Assembly: GCA_951406725.2 (NCBI GenBank)
Contig: OX597833.1
Span: forward strand, 71,734,001 to 71,798,000
Direction: 5' to 3'
DNA from: Octopus vulgaris
Taxonomy: Eukaryota
DNA length: 64,000 nt
How positions within the stretch are numbered: the stretch's first letter is position 1; each line of letters starts with the position of its first letter. Position numbers and translations under genes: made by a program. Positions 1-12,842 of the stretch are shown here, one piece after another. The notes below the pieces were generated by a model, which was given only the letters and a program-made list of their open reading frames with translations, did no database searches and was not told where the DNA came from.

Positions 1-200
1 TGCGTTTGGTCATCTTGCAGGAAAACGAAAATCCAATATGCACACAACACATCTGTACACTGGGCATAACAGCCGGGAAGTAACGGCGGCCTACCGATGC
101 GAAAATTCTTAGACTTTTGGAAGAAGGGTGGCATCACCTACCACCCAAACATTAGTTTTGGCGGGAAAAATAAGGCCGGATACTTTTTGAATGCACCTCG

Positions 201-203
<3 letters not shown>
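1..203. mobile_element. Possible mariner-type DNA transposon end
   Basis: Ends ..GGATACTTTTTGAATGCACCTCGTTA next to (TA)n, resembling a mariner TIR. Confidence 0.4.
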
Positions 204-274
<71 letters not shown>

Positions 275-290
275 ATAAAGATATTATTAT

Positions 291-686
291 ACTCTTTTAC
301 TCTTTTACTTGTTTCAGTCATTTGACTGCGGCCATGCTGGAGCACCGCCTTCAGTCGAGCAAGTCGACCCCGGGACTTATTCTTTTTGTAAGCCCAGTAC
401 TTATTCTATCGGTCTCTTTTTGCCGAACCGCTAAGTAACGGGGACATAAACACACCAGCATCGGTTGTCAAGCAATGCTAGGGAGACAAACACATACACA
501 CAAGCACAAACACGCATATATATACGACGGGCTTCTTTCAGTTTCCGTCTACCAAATCCACTCACAAGGCTTTGGTCGGCCTGAGACTATAGTAGAAGAC
601 ACTTGCCCAAGGTGTCAAGAAGTGGACTGAACCCGGAACCATGTGGTTGGTTAGCAAGCTACTTACCACACAGCCACTCCTGCGCC
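291..686 (-). mobile_element. tRNA-derived SINE family A
   Basis: Head GGCGCAGGAGTGGCTGTGTGGTAAG..GGTTCAGTCC (A/B-box-like), internal microsatellite, (GAGTAAAA)n tail; multi-copy in window. Confidence 0.9.
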
Positions 687-1130
687 TTTATGTTGTATAA
701 AGATTAAATTTAAGATAACATTTAAGATTATCAAAAATGATGTCATAAGCAAAATACATAAAACGTGCATATATACCACTTTTCGACATTAAAAAGGCAA
801 GATTGCATAGAATCAGTTTAATATTCATTCATGTACTTAATTATTTACTAATTAGGTGGTTTCTATAAAGACTGCTCTGGGAATTTACTTATGGAATAAC
901 TGGGAAGATATAAAAAATGCCATCTATATATTAATTATAAGCTAAGAATCAGAAATAATAAAAGTTGTGTACATACACACACACATATTTAACTATGTGC
1001 ACACACGCAAACATACACAAATATTTATACGTTATTATGGATATATTATAATCAACTTTTGCTCTATTACAGTATTTGAGTAAAATTATATTAATGTGTC
1101 CAACTGATTAAAATTCTATTTATTTATTTG

Positions 1131-1216
1131 TGCAACTGAGGATAGCCCTGCATTTAAATTGATGTAATGATTGCATTGTTCAATTAAATGGAGTCGCTTG
1201 AAACGGTCGTACTGCA
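1131..1216 (+). ncRNA. Type I hammerhead ribozyme motif in Penelope-like repeat (one helix I mismatch)
   Basis: TGCAA-CTGAGGA-[long helix II]-GAA-ACGGTCGT-A-CTGCA; homologous to 15808-15894. Confidence 0.65.
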
Positions 1217-2212
1217 TCACTTCTTGATATCCTGTTGCTTACTGATTATATATGTGTGTGTGTGTGTGTGTTAAAAATGGGGAAGGGCGGTTTATGGGAT
1301 TACCTTAGGTTTCCCGTCCATAAACGGTTAAGCTTTATGGCGTATCGTCAGATCCCCAAACCCTGTTGGCCCAAGACCTCTTAAAATACGGAGGGGCAAA
1401 TAGCTCGCTTCGGCAGAGCGATTCTGATAATCTGGTGTTAGGCCTCACTATACAAATGCTTCAGATAAAAGCGTTAGACGAGTAGAGAGCATAATAATAA
1501 GAGATTAACTAAATGGCGACGGGACAGGAAGTTGTGTAGTGAACATCCTTAGCTTGCAATCGTTTCTGCTACTATAAGATTCAATGCACTTAAAGCTGGA
1601 GTGCTTGCGTCAGTCTGTGACTTCGACGGAGCAGCTTCAAAAATGAAGTGCGTGCACGTGCGCGCGCGTGGATGTGTATGTGTGTGCGCGACTGCGAGTT
1701 TATGTGTTGAATACATTTCTTGTTTAAGCGTGAAGCCTGCGGTTCAGAGGGAGGAAGTGGGTGGGCCAGCTTCTTGCATCATCGGCAGCATCAAAGTGAA
1801 GCAAGCTGCAAGCTGCAAGCTACCACTGCCTCTCGTGCGCCGAGGTCAGCAGGTGCTCAGCGTTCGCCAGCAAACATTTCAATATCATATTTATTCATTT
1901 ATTCACGCTTATCAGGAGATATTTTTATATTCAGGCTGTAACACATGATATTCTGGTATGCGTAGGTATTCCTGTCTTCTTCCCGAAGATAAACAAACTC
2001 GGTTATTAACGTATAAATTTGTACTTAGCACAATTACATACTATCTTTCTCTCTCTCTCACACATTTTTTTATCTGACTGTCTCGTTTTTTTTTTATTTG
2101 GTTTGTAAGATTCTTGATGTGAATTCGTGTGTTGAAGCAAATTTTGTTGTCATTTTAAAGTTTATCTCCACAGGCGCAGGAGTGGCTGTGTGGTAAGTAG
2201 CTTGCTAACCAA

Positions 2213-2567
2213 CCACATGGTTCCGGGTTCAGTCCCACTGCGTGGCATCTTGGGCAAGTGTCTTCTACTATAGCCTCGGGCCGACCAATGCCTTGTGAGT
2301 GGATTTAGTAGAAGCCCGTCGTATATATGTATATATATGTGTGTGTGTGTGTTTGTGTGTCTGTGTTTGTCCCCCTAGCATTGCTTGACAACCGATGCTG
2401 GTGTGTTTACGTCCCCGTTACTTAGCGGTTCGGCAAAAAGAGACCGATAAAATAAGTACTGGGCTTACAAAAGAATAAGTCCCGGGGTCGAGTTGCTCGA
2501 TTAAAGGTGGTGCTCCAGCATGGCCGCAGTCAGATGACTGAAACAAGTAAAAGAGTAAAAGAGTAAA
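2213..2567 (+). mobile_element. SINE family A, full length
   Basis: Same head and tail as 291-686. Confidence 0.9.
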
Positions 2568-3156
2568 GAGAGACTGACTCTAGCGTTCAGAGCCGGCACC
2601 GAGAGTTACGATGTTTCGTAAACGAACACGTCTGTGTAAACAATGCGATCGAAGACAGAAAAGGTGGCAAACGGGTGTGTGTGCACATTCAAGAGTTATT
2701 GCTCTACCCTCGGTACCACATCCCAACCATCAACCGCCCACAAAAGCGTTGCTTACATACATACATCATTTTACCGTTGTAGCGTAATTGAATAGACCAA
2801 ATCTGCATATCAAGCACATTCCTGGCAACCGCAAATTATGTTGTAACTTGGGAGAATCATTACACCAACACACACAGACGCACACGCACCAACACACACA
2901 CACGCACACACACCAACACACACACACAGACGCACACGCGTGTGCGCACATCTGGAACAGTGAGAGCATGTAAACGGTTGGGTGGCGAAAGGACTCTGAC
3001 GACCCCACCCGACTGACCGACCGACCGACCGAGCGATTAATCAGGCAATCGATTATTTAATTGGTTAAATACTTAACTACTTGAATAATATACTAAAAGA
3101 AGTGAAAGAGAGCCAGTGCGTGTGTTTCTTAATGGCATACTGACCCTTCAAAGACA

Positions 3157-3500
3157 CATCATCATCATCATCATTATTATTATATGGAAACTCTCAGCAT
3201 ATTTTGCTTGGTATGATGGAAAGTGTCAGCTGTCCACAGCTAACAGACTAAGGTGACACTTGTTTACTGGTCATGCTTCAAAAACCCCACAAAGAATTCT
3301 TGCAGTTCCAAGCAATGCTGATTTTTGTAGGTGTTCTACCTTCACACTTGCACCAATCTTTTTCAGCCATGTTGATAGTTGAGTGCGGATCCTTCCAAGT
3401 GCGCCAATTACTGTTGGTATTCCATCTACCCTCCTCATTGTTCAAATCGTCAGAGTTCTTTCTGTTTTGCTTCTTCCTTCACATTCATCCTGTTGTCACA
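3157..3500 (-). mobile_element. R4/Dong-like RLE LINE 3' end
   Basis: Minus strand encodes IPTVIGALG..EHLQKSALLGTARIL..*, then 3' UTR and TAA/TGA tail. Confidence 0.8.
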
Positions 3501-4687
3501 CGCTCGGTATTAAGTGTTTATTTCGTAATTAAATTACGTGACGTATAATTAATTCAGACATATTTCATAAAAGCCTGAGTGGAAGTGAAAGATATTTGTT
3601 TCATTTAAACCCATTTTTGAAGGTTTAATTCTTAAAATATTTTGGGAAAATTAATAGAAAAGCGGAGTGTCGAGAGGTAATTCCCACGAACACCACCACC
3701 ACCACCACCGTGGAAATATAATCATTTCTATGACGTATGGAAAATGAAATGTTAGGAAGGGGACCCACCCATCGAAATATTGGAACTGCAATCCTCGCAG
3801 CGATAAAGAAATGCGACGAAGAATTGTCAACAAACCTCAGCTCAGATGATGTTAGATCTAAACCCATCGTAGATTTGCGAGTTCTGAACACTCGTGTCAG
3901 CATCTCAGGACACCCAATGTTTTCTTTTGGCGGGGTGGGGTGGGGTTGGGTGGGGTTCCAAGTGGGTCACATGTAAAGAGATTATGGGGCTTCCAACTCT
4001 TGAACATCTCAAGCAAAACTGCCCAGCATTCCTGAAGATGCAGTTCGTTGTTTTCAGTATTTGCGTTTGGAATTTATTGACATGCCAAAGTCAGGTCATA
4101 CTGGAAAATAAGTCTTCTAACAACGAGAGGGTACATCTGTTGGTATGGGTGGAATTCTGGCTAGAGTTGCATCGTCGCTTTTGCCGCACCCAGTTAGAAC
4201 AGTTGTAGTAGCAGTGGCAGCAGCGGCAGCAGTAACGGTATCCGAGTCAGCTCTTAACTGTGAATCTTGTCTCTCTGTATAAGTGCAGCTGGTTACGCAG
4301 TGGTTTTCAGTCGAATACTTTTGTAGCTGGAGTCGGCGAGGCGGGAGATATTCAGATTCCAAAGAATTTAAGTTTTGCTGGTTAGGAAACCATCTCTTGC
4401 TGATCTGCAGCAGTGTCTGTTGATCGACGGTCGGGATTATAATCTAATCGTCCCTAAATCATACTCAGCCGGATTTGTGGTGGATAAGATACTTTTTTCT
4501 CCATGTCTGTTTCCAATTTATTCATTATATATTTGTGATTGTGTGTAAGTGTTTGGGTGGGTGAGGGGTGGTTGAAGTATTGTTGATGTCCGATAGACAG
4601 AGAGACATACCGACCACCACTGCGCGAAAACAAGAGAGGCTGACAGATCGAAAGACATCCGCAATGTTATAACCAACCGCTCCATCA

Positions 4688-4918
4688 AGGCGGTGAGCTG
4701 GCAGACACGTTAGCGCGCCGGGCGAAATGCTTAGCGGTATTTCGTCTGTCGTTACATTCTGAGTTCAAATTCCGCCGAGGTCGACTTTGCTTTTCATCCT
4801 TTCGGGGTCGATAAATTAAGTACCAGTTTCGCACTGGGGTCGATGTAATCGACTTAATCCGTTTGTCTGTCCTTGTTTGTCCCCTCTGTGTGTTACCCCC
4901 TGTGGGCAATAAAGAAAT
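4688..4918 (+). mobile_element. SINE family B (GGCGGYGAGCTGGCAGA..GAGTTCAAATTCCGCC); other copies near 6834, 8760, 8970, 31620(-), 41090, 46249, 51982
   Basis: B-box-like GAGTTCAAAT; ends AATAAAGAAAT; short duplication ATAACCA on both flanks. Confidence 0.85.
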
Positions 4919-6504
4919 ATATAACCAGCCGCTTCTATCGACTTCTGCATCCCGGGTTCAATAAAATAGAAACTCGTTGGATTCCTCCACTTCACATGGC
5001 GACCAAACTTGATGCCATCTTACTCTCTTGGGTTCCTGTCTTTCATCATTGATGCCGTCACAGACCTTTATCAGTTTCCTTACATTTCCGATTCTATCAG
5101 AATACAAATAAGAACCAAACATGGCTGCCATACGTCTCCCTTGAATATCTGTAACTTTATAAAGGCATTTAAAAAAGAGGATAAATAATGTTTGTTAAGT
5201 TTGCCAATTATATTAATAATCGCGGAGGCGTTGAGCAGTGGTGGGGTGGGGGAGAGTCTCCAGCCAGAAACTGCAGTTTGTTCTCATGTTACGCGAATTT
5301 CTTTCAATGGGAATATTTTAGATTTCAAAGTGTTAACGGAACAACACAAAACGCCCACCAGTGTTGCTTTGTTTCGTTGTTGCAGTTGTTGTTGAATATA
5401 TGTTGATGGTGTAGTCTGCCGTTGCAGTGGTAGTAGTGGAGGTCACTTTATGGAAGGGCGGTTTGTTTATTGGTGGCGACAAGTTTGGCCTTGTTGCCTT
5501 TTTTTTGAAAGCATTTCTTATTACTACAAAGGCTGATGTTGTTGTTGTTGGTGGTGGGTGGTGGTGGTGGTGGTGATGGTGGTGATGGTGGTGAGTGTAC
5601 GTGAAGGGAATCAAACTATTATTTCTCTATAAATCAGGTTGTTGTGTGTGTGTGTGTGTGTATGTGTGTGTATGTATGTGTGTGTATGTGTGTATGTATG
5701 TATGTGTGTGTATCTATGTATGTGTGTATGTGTATGTATGTGTATGTGTGTGTGTGTGTGTGCAGAGAATTACCTGTTTGCACTATAAAATCAGGCAGTC
5801 GGTTGTGTTGTTGTTGATGATGATGGTGGTGATGGTGATGATGAAGAGGATGGTGGTGGCGGCGGTGGTGGTGATGGCGACGACGACCACGATGATGATG
5901 ATAATCAGCATCATCACGATTGCAATGAGATGTGTTTGCGTGAGAAAGAGAAAGAGAGAGAGGGGGGAGAAGAAGAGGAAGAAAAAGAAGAGGAAGGAGA
6001 GGAGGAGGAGGTAATCAATCATTTATTTATTCTAGAAATCAATGCGAACAGAAAAGCACCGGACTACGATATTACCAAATGTTGTTCTCCCCTCTTTTGT
6101 GATTAGTTTAAGAAAAACAAACCCTAATAACCACCACCACCACCACCAGTACCGCAACCACCATCGCCGCCGCCACCACCGTCGCCCGCCTCCCACCTCT
6201 CCTCCCCTGCCATATTACCTTCATAGATAATTCATAAATCTGGGTTTGGTGGAAGAAAGAGAGACAAAGGAAATAAACTAGAAGAGGTGGCGGAGGAGGA
6301 GGTGGGGGGTGCTGTTTCGTTATTCCATTCGCTTCGAGAAACAGCAAATCGACAACAATCCATCCACGCCCCTCCAGTACTTGGCTGGTAATATATTCTA
6401 TCAAATCGTCCCCCCACCCAGAAAATGAAAGAAAAAATGAAAAAAAAAAGCAAAGTTGACTTCGGTTGGGATTTGAACCTACAACGTAAAGGGGTGTAAC
6501 TAGA

Positions 6505-6793
6505 TACGCCTATCCTCGTTTATCACGGATGTTTGTTAATAAAAATAAAAAGCGCATTAATGGAATCAGTGAGAAATGAATTTTAGAACAAATGGGGTGA
6601 ATGGATTTGGTTCTGCGATTGTAAGTTGTTCTGAGAGTTGCAGAGGGTCGCTGAGGCAGGCTTTGACTGATCACTGACCCGTGTCATCACAGATCAATCC
6701 GTGATAAGTGTAGCACAGTTCACAATTAAGCGTACCGTTTTATCCCGGATCAGTGATGAATAAATCAGCGATAAACGAGGATAAGATGTACTG
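6505..6793. mobile_element. Tigger/pogo-like MITE
   Basis: TATCCTCGTTTATC.. / ..GATAAACGAGGATA..GTACTG inverted ends. Confidence 0.55.
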
Positions 6794-7508
6794 CAAGCAT
6801 TTGGTCCGATGCTCTAAATCGATCTGAAATCGAAGGCGGCGAGCTGGCAGAATCGTTAGCACGCCGGGCGAAATGCGTAGCCGTATTTCGTCTGCCGTTA
6901 CGTTCTGAGTTCAAATTCCGCCGAGGTCGATTTTGCCTTTCATCCTTTCGGATTCTACAATTGTCAACTTGTAGAACTTCAAGCTTAACACCATCCAGAT
7001 CGAAGTGAGTCACTTCGACCAAGGGGAGCATACATGATATTGGAAGGTGCCGTCTAAAAAAAAACAAAAATACATGAGTTGTCCTAATCTCTCAGGAGGA
7101 CTTCAACAATCCATAGCTACTTGCTACTCCACCTCCTGCTAAGGTTGCTGAGATCATATCTCGTACTCCGTGGCCTCACCATTAAATGAATATTTCTCGC
7201 GACCTTTATAGTAACTCAATAAAGGTCGCGGGAATTTTCCTTTTAAAACCTCGCCTGAAGACTTAACGTCTGCAAATGGTACACCAAAGTCCATTCTTCT
7301 GCTCAAATCACAGAAAAGAAGTGAAGTGAAATGGTGAAGTTGGAAATGAAAACCAGGCCTGAGAGCTGTTGAGATCTTCGAACATTGTCGAGAAATAACT
7401 TTAAATTTCACACCATCTCATTCAGCTCTTTGTTGAGCAGAAACAATACGGATAGGATTTCTTTGACTGTTTATACTTGTACAGATACTCAAATAGGTGT
7501 GGGGGTTT

Positions 7509-10500
7509 CTAGCGTGGAACAATGGCTCGATAATGGTTTTTAGGAAATGGCTGGAGCAGAAGGAAAACAAACAAAAAGAGAGAAACAAAACAAAAAACAC
7601 ACACATTTACTCAAAGACAGAGACACACACAGAATGCCTCTTTTAGTCTTTACTTGTTTTTTCAGTCATTACACTGCGGCCAAGCTGGGGCACCGCCTTC
7701 AAGATTTTTTTTTTTAGTTGAATGAACCGTTTTGTTTTTAAGGCTGATACTGATTCTATCAGACTCTTTTGCAGAACCAATAAGTTACGGGGACGTAAAC
7801 ACACCAACACTGGTTGTCAAGATGTGGTGGGGGACAAAGCAAACGCAAAGACACACACACACAACGGGCTTCTTTCAGTTTCCGCCTATCAAATAATCCA
7901 CTCACAAGGCTTTGGTCGACCCAAGGTTATAGTAGAAGATACTTGCTCAAGGTGCCACGCAGTGGGACCGAACCCGGAACAATGAAGGTATTATAATAAG
8001 AATGGTTTCAAAGTTTGGTCATGTAAGGGAGAATAGTTAGTCGATTACATCGACCCTGAGACATGACTGGTACCTTATTTCATTGACCCCGAAAAGATGA
8101 AAGACAAAGTCGACCTCGGCGATATTTGAACTCAGAACGTTAAGAGCCGGAAAAACTTATAGCGAACCCAGGGAGATGAAAATAAAGTTGACTTCGGCGA
8201 CCCTTTCGTTACCAACCTGGCTGAAACCGGCTCTGGCTCTTTAGTACAAATGTCTTGTTTTCATAAGTTCTGAATTAAAACCTTCCACCAAACCTTAGTC
8301 ACAATTTATGTTGCTAACACTAGCTGAACGATAACTAAGTTATTTTACTAAATTCTTTGTTATATTTAAAGTAATTGTAAGAAATACAGAGCATCTCAAA
8401 ATAAATACAGTAACGAAAGGGTTAAAACGCAAAATGCCGGAACAAAAGCATTCAAGATGCTTTGTCCGGCGCTCCAATGATTCTGCCAGTTTATCCAACT
8501 CAGACGCCAGACATGCCTGAATGCTTCGGGAGCTGTTCCTGGACAACAATCACCAGAATTCCACACCAAATTCTTTAGTTCAGGCATCATCGGATGGTGC
8601 ACGCCGGACTGCTTCAGTCGAATCAAGAGGTTTCTACAGTTTCTTGGGATGTGAAAACGAGTTCGATCTTTGCCAACGATTTTTAAAAAATGTTAAAAGC
8701 AAAAACAGGACGAGTTTTATTTGGTGGATGTTTTTAAAGAAATTGAAGTCAGCGAACCAACAGAGCAAAATGCCAGGAAAGTGCTTAGCGTCATTTCGCC
8801 CAGCCTTAAGCTCTCAGTTCAAGTTTGGCCGAGGTCGACTTTGCCTTTCATCCTTTAGGGGTCGATAAAACAGGTTCTAGTCAAATAGGGGGTCAATGTA
8901 ATCGATTTACCCCTTTCCCTTGAATATGCTGGCCTTGTGCCAAAATTTCAAACTAAGGAAATTTAAGGCAGTCAGCGGGGAGAATGGTTGTCGGGCTGGG
9001 CAACACGCTTAACGGCATTTCTTTCGTCGCTACGTTCCGAGTTCAAATTCTGCCGAGGTCAATCTTGCATTTCATCCTTTCAGGATCGATGAAATCAGTA
9101 CCAGTTGTATACTGGGCTCGATGTAATCGACAGCTGCTCTCTCACAAAATTTCAGGCCTTGAACCTATCTATAGTAGAAAGGAATATTTTAAAGAGATTT
9201 CATGAGATTAATTAGCATTGCCAAGGGGCCACTATAACACCACTTAGCGAACGCAAAGATAATTTACACCGAATTAATACAAAACTTGGTCTTTTCTGTC
9301 AAATCTTTGAAAGAAAGAATTTTATGACTTTTTTTGTTGTTGTTGATTTTTGCTGTGGAATTACAAAGGAAATTTGCTTTGTGTGAAAATTTTGTATTTC
9401 TTTGCGAAACGAGTGCGCACCCATCCGAGTAATGATCGATCGAATTTCTTCCAATTTCAATTTGAAAATCTTGTGTTCGCATTTTTTCCCCTTGCTTTCT
9501 CTTTGTAAAATGTGTCCGTGCGCACAAACCCACATCTTAAAGAAAAACTCTGTCCGTCAGTTTTAGAAATTGTCATCGATTAAAAATATTTTTACTTCAG
9601 AAAAGATGGAAAGTTTGTGTGGTCACTTCAATAAACTTTTAAAGAAGATATAAAAACCGATTTAGTGATATTTCGACTGAAATGTGAACCCTTTTTTTTT
9701 CTTTTGTTACGAATGTTGTTGAGGTTTATGTAACACATCGAAGAGAATTGTTGCAAGTGAGATGTAATGAAGAAATGAGACTGACTTTTGATAATGGTGG
9801 AGACCCAAAAACTGGCAAAAATAAGAGGAAAAACGCTCAGCTTATTTATATCCAAAGTTGACTGCCATGACACTGCATCCTTTAAGGCCCTCATGCTTTC
9901 CGAAATCCGCCGAAACTACACCTGATTATACATACACTTTAGATGAGTTGTAGTGCACCTGAGCACTGTACACAATGTTTTTATTATTATTATTATATGA
10001 GGGAGGCTATAAATAATTATGACTGCTTCATTTCCCTCCCTCGTGTCCCCATGAATGAAGCTTTACTGTTAGAAATCCTATTGTCAACAAAGAAATTGTC
10101 AGGAAATTGCTGAAAGAAGGGACTTCGTGTGTTTCTTGCAAAAAAGGAATCGAATTAAACATAAAAAGATTTTGCATTGCAGCATCAGGTTGATCTTGTT
10201 AAACCAAGGATAATTCCCACAAATTTCATTATTACATGCAGATATGTTTTTTAGGGATTCTAATTCCGGCCACTTATCACAGTTTATGAGCAAAGATTCA
10301 GCAATTTTTACTTTTTATTCTCTCATATCGAAACTAAGGAAAGAAGCAATTAATAATTTGCTCATTAGCTTTAATTATTATTCTCGCTCATTACTGTTTT
10401 TGTTTATAATCCGTAACGGTGTATCAATAAAACTACAGAGATGAAGAATATGCATTCCATATGATGCATAGATTGGTAGAATGTTACCACGAATTCATTA

Positions 10501-12842
10501 TAATTAGTAGTTTTATGATTATCAAAGAAATATCGGCAGGTGTAAAGAATGGACAGGTGAATTACGAAAGTAGACAATACTTCCCCATTACTGAGTATTT
10601 GCTCATTGGTCTGGAATTGTAATCAAATGTTTAGGTTTTGTGATTTGGTAAATGATTGGAAGGAATCCTGCAACATTAGGGTCAGTTGTTGAAAAAAGGG
10701 ATCGCTCCAGGAAGCGGTTGAGTGGTTTTGCAAGGAAATGATTTGGGGCTGCACTTAATTACCAACGGTTTACGGATTATCCACATCGTGAATTCACAAA
10801 CTCCGTTTCGGTGTGGAGGGAGGGTACTAACAACGGGAGGTGGGTGGCTTTCTGCCAAAGATGAAAGAAAGAAAGGGAAGAAAGAAAGAAAGAAAGGGAA
10901 GGGCAATCTTTCGTCTCTAGTAGACCTTTCCGTCGATTTCCGTAAAAAAATTTTTTTTTACATATGGGCTTGCGGTAACTTTTGAAGTAATGAGAGCGAA
11001 AGAGACTAAGAGAAAGCGATTGTATGACGAGGGAAGTTCTTTTGAAGTTACCGTGCATGGGAAGCATTGATGTACATGTGTGTGTGTGTGTGTGTGTTTG
11101 ATGGGGTGTGGGAGACAGACAGTATGTTGTGTAAGTGAAGTGCTTCTGTTAGTGTGTGTGAAGAGACAGAGTAATGTGTGAAAGAAAGAGATAACTGACA
11201 TTTTTTACTCGGTGTATGTGTATATGTATGTATATTACTTCAAAAGTTCCCGCAAGCCCATATGTGAAAGAAAAAAAATTTTTTACGGAAATCGACGGAA
11301 AGGTCTACTAGAGACGAAAGATCGCCAAGGGAAGGAAGAAAAACATTTAAAAGGAAACCCCTAACAGCGACGGTGAATCCAAATGATTCGTCTTCGGTGA
11401 CTACCTGAAGATTTATTTGTTTAGCTTTCCACATCAGCTCCGTCGTGAAACTTCGACGTGTTTTCGAAGCAGATCCCTGAGAGACAGGCGCCGGATTAAC
11501 CGTGAAACGAATTAAATCCGTTGCATGGAGCTTCAACGAAAAGCGGAGGCTCCACCGAGTTGTTTTTCTAGAACTGGATTATTCAGGGGGCAAATAGGGG
11601 AACTGAACCAGGATCCCACAAAATGCGTTGAATTCTTTGTTGTTGGTGGTGGTGATTAGACGCACCCCCCTTAAAAAATTTACCATCAATTTTTCCCATT
11701 TTTAATGCATTTTTGGCATATATAAGGGACGTAACTCTCTAAAAATTTATTATTAAATCTCAGAACGTAAAAAGCTACAGTAACACCACCCCCCTTTGTG
11801 GTTAGCCATATTGAGATGGCTATTATACTTTACATCTCTAAAAATGCTTATATAGTTATTTCCCTTACAAACCCGAGCAACGCCGGGCGATACTGCTAGT
11901 TTGTAAATAAATTGTTTCTATGGTTTATTGTTTGTTATTTAGTAACATATAAAGTCATTAAAAAACATGGTTTATATTTAATGCAGTTGTGGGATATAAT
12001 TTAGGCGAGGGTCGAAAAGAAAACCGAATTTTTAATGTAATATTCCACGTTTAGGTTTTTAATATCCTTGTCACTTGGACAATGGAAGGTCGAGGGTGGG
12101 GGTTCACCATTTTAGGAATGTGTTTAGGGCATCAGTTGCCCCCAATGCGGCCCTGCAGAAATATATCCTTAATAATAAAAAGAATGACGAACTATTAAGG
12201 GTGGAAAGTTTTCAATAGAGAAGCTTTTCGAATAATGTTTTAATAATGAAACTATTATGTCCGAGATTATTATTATTATTATTATTATTATTTTATTTTA
12301 TTTTATTCTTTTACTTGTTTCAGTCATTTGACTGCGGCCATGCTGGAGCACCGTCTTTAGTCGAGCAAATCGACCCCTAGGACTTATTCTTTGTAAGCCC
12401 AGTACTTATTCTATCGGTCTCTTTGCCGAACCGCTAAGTGACGGGGACGTAAACACACCACCATCGGTTGTCAAGCAATGCTAGGGGGACAATCACAGAC
12501 ATACACATACACACACACACACACACATATATATATACATATATGCAACATTATATGTTGATTTTTAAGGTGTCGATTTGTTATGTCAGCGTGAAAAAAA
12601 AACACAGTTTACACAAAGAAATAAGCAAAAAGCGGGAAACAATTTTGACCCCCAAATATCTTCAAAGCAAAATGTAAGAGTTGAAGGCAATGATTCTGAG
12701 ATATTGGAACGATTTCGACTCTGGACGGTCGTCCACAGAATCTCTTACCTGAGGCTACGGTTGACGGCACCAGATTGGGGTTATTACCGTTCGGCTTGGT
12801 TTGGGCCCTGGCGTTTGGAATGTCCCTTGGACTGCTTGCCAT
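7509..12842 (-). CDS. Candidate small spliced gene, about 74 aa (exons 12842-12749, 10851-10763, 7550-7509), no recognised homologue
   Basis: ATG..TCAG|gtaaga donor; two strong polypyrimidine+CAG acceptors; phases 1 and 0 join into MASSPRDIPNARAQTKPNGNNPNLVPSTVASESHPPPVVSTLPPHRNGVCEFTMWIIRKPLPFPKNHYRAIVPR*. Confidence 0.35.
7645..7980 (-). mobile_element. SINE family A, diverged
   Basis: Similarity to other copies. Confidence 0.8.
8201..8421. mobile_element. piggyBac-like MITE
   Basis: TIR CCCTTTCGTTAC..GTAACGAAAGGG|TTAA. Confidence 0.8.
10902..11326. mobile_element. MITE with about 90-bp TIRs and 8-bp TSD (Merlin- or hAT-like)
   Basis: Termini GGCAATCTTTCGTCTCTAGTAGACC.. / ..GGTCTACTAGAGACGAAAGATCGCC; TSD AAGGGAAG at 10894-10901 and 11327-11334. 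Confidence 0.88.
11671..11899 (+). mobile_element. Helitron 3' fragment, same family as 14588-14992
   Basis: Ends CCCGAGCAACGCCGGGCGATACTGCTAG|T; shares internal sequence. Confidence 0.75.

Noticed and set aside
1601-1970. GC-richer unique segment with short ORFs, possible promoter or 5' exon
   Set aside because: No recognisable product and no supportable downstream exon chain.
11340-11570. CpG-rich segment with a minus-strand open frame and possible splice sites
   Set aside because: Phase incompatible with the candidate exon 1 (early stop) and no recognisable protein.
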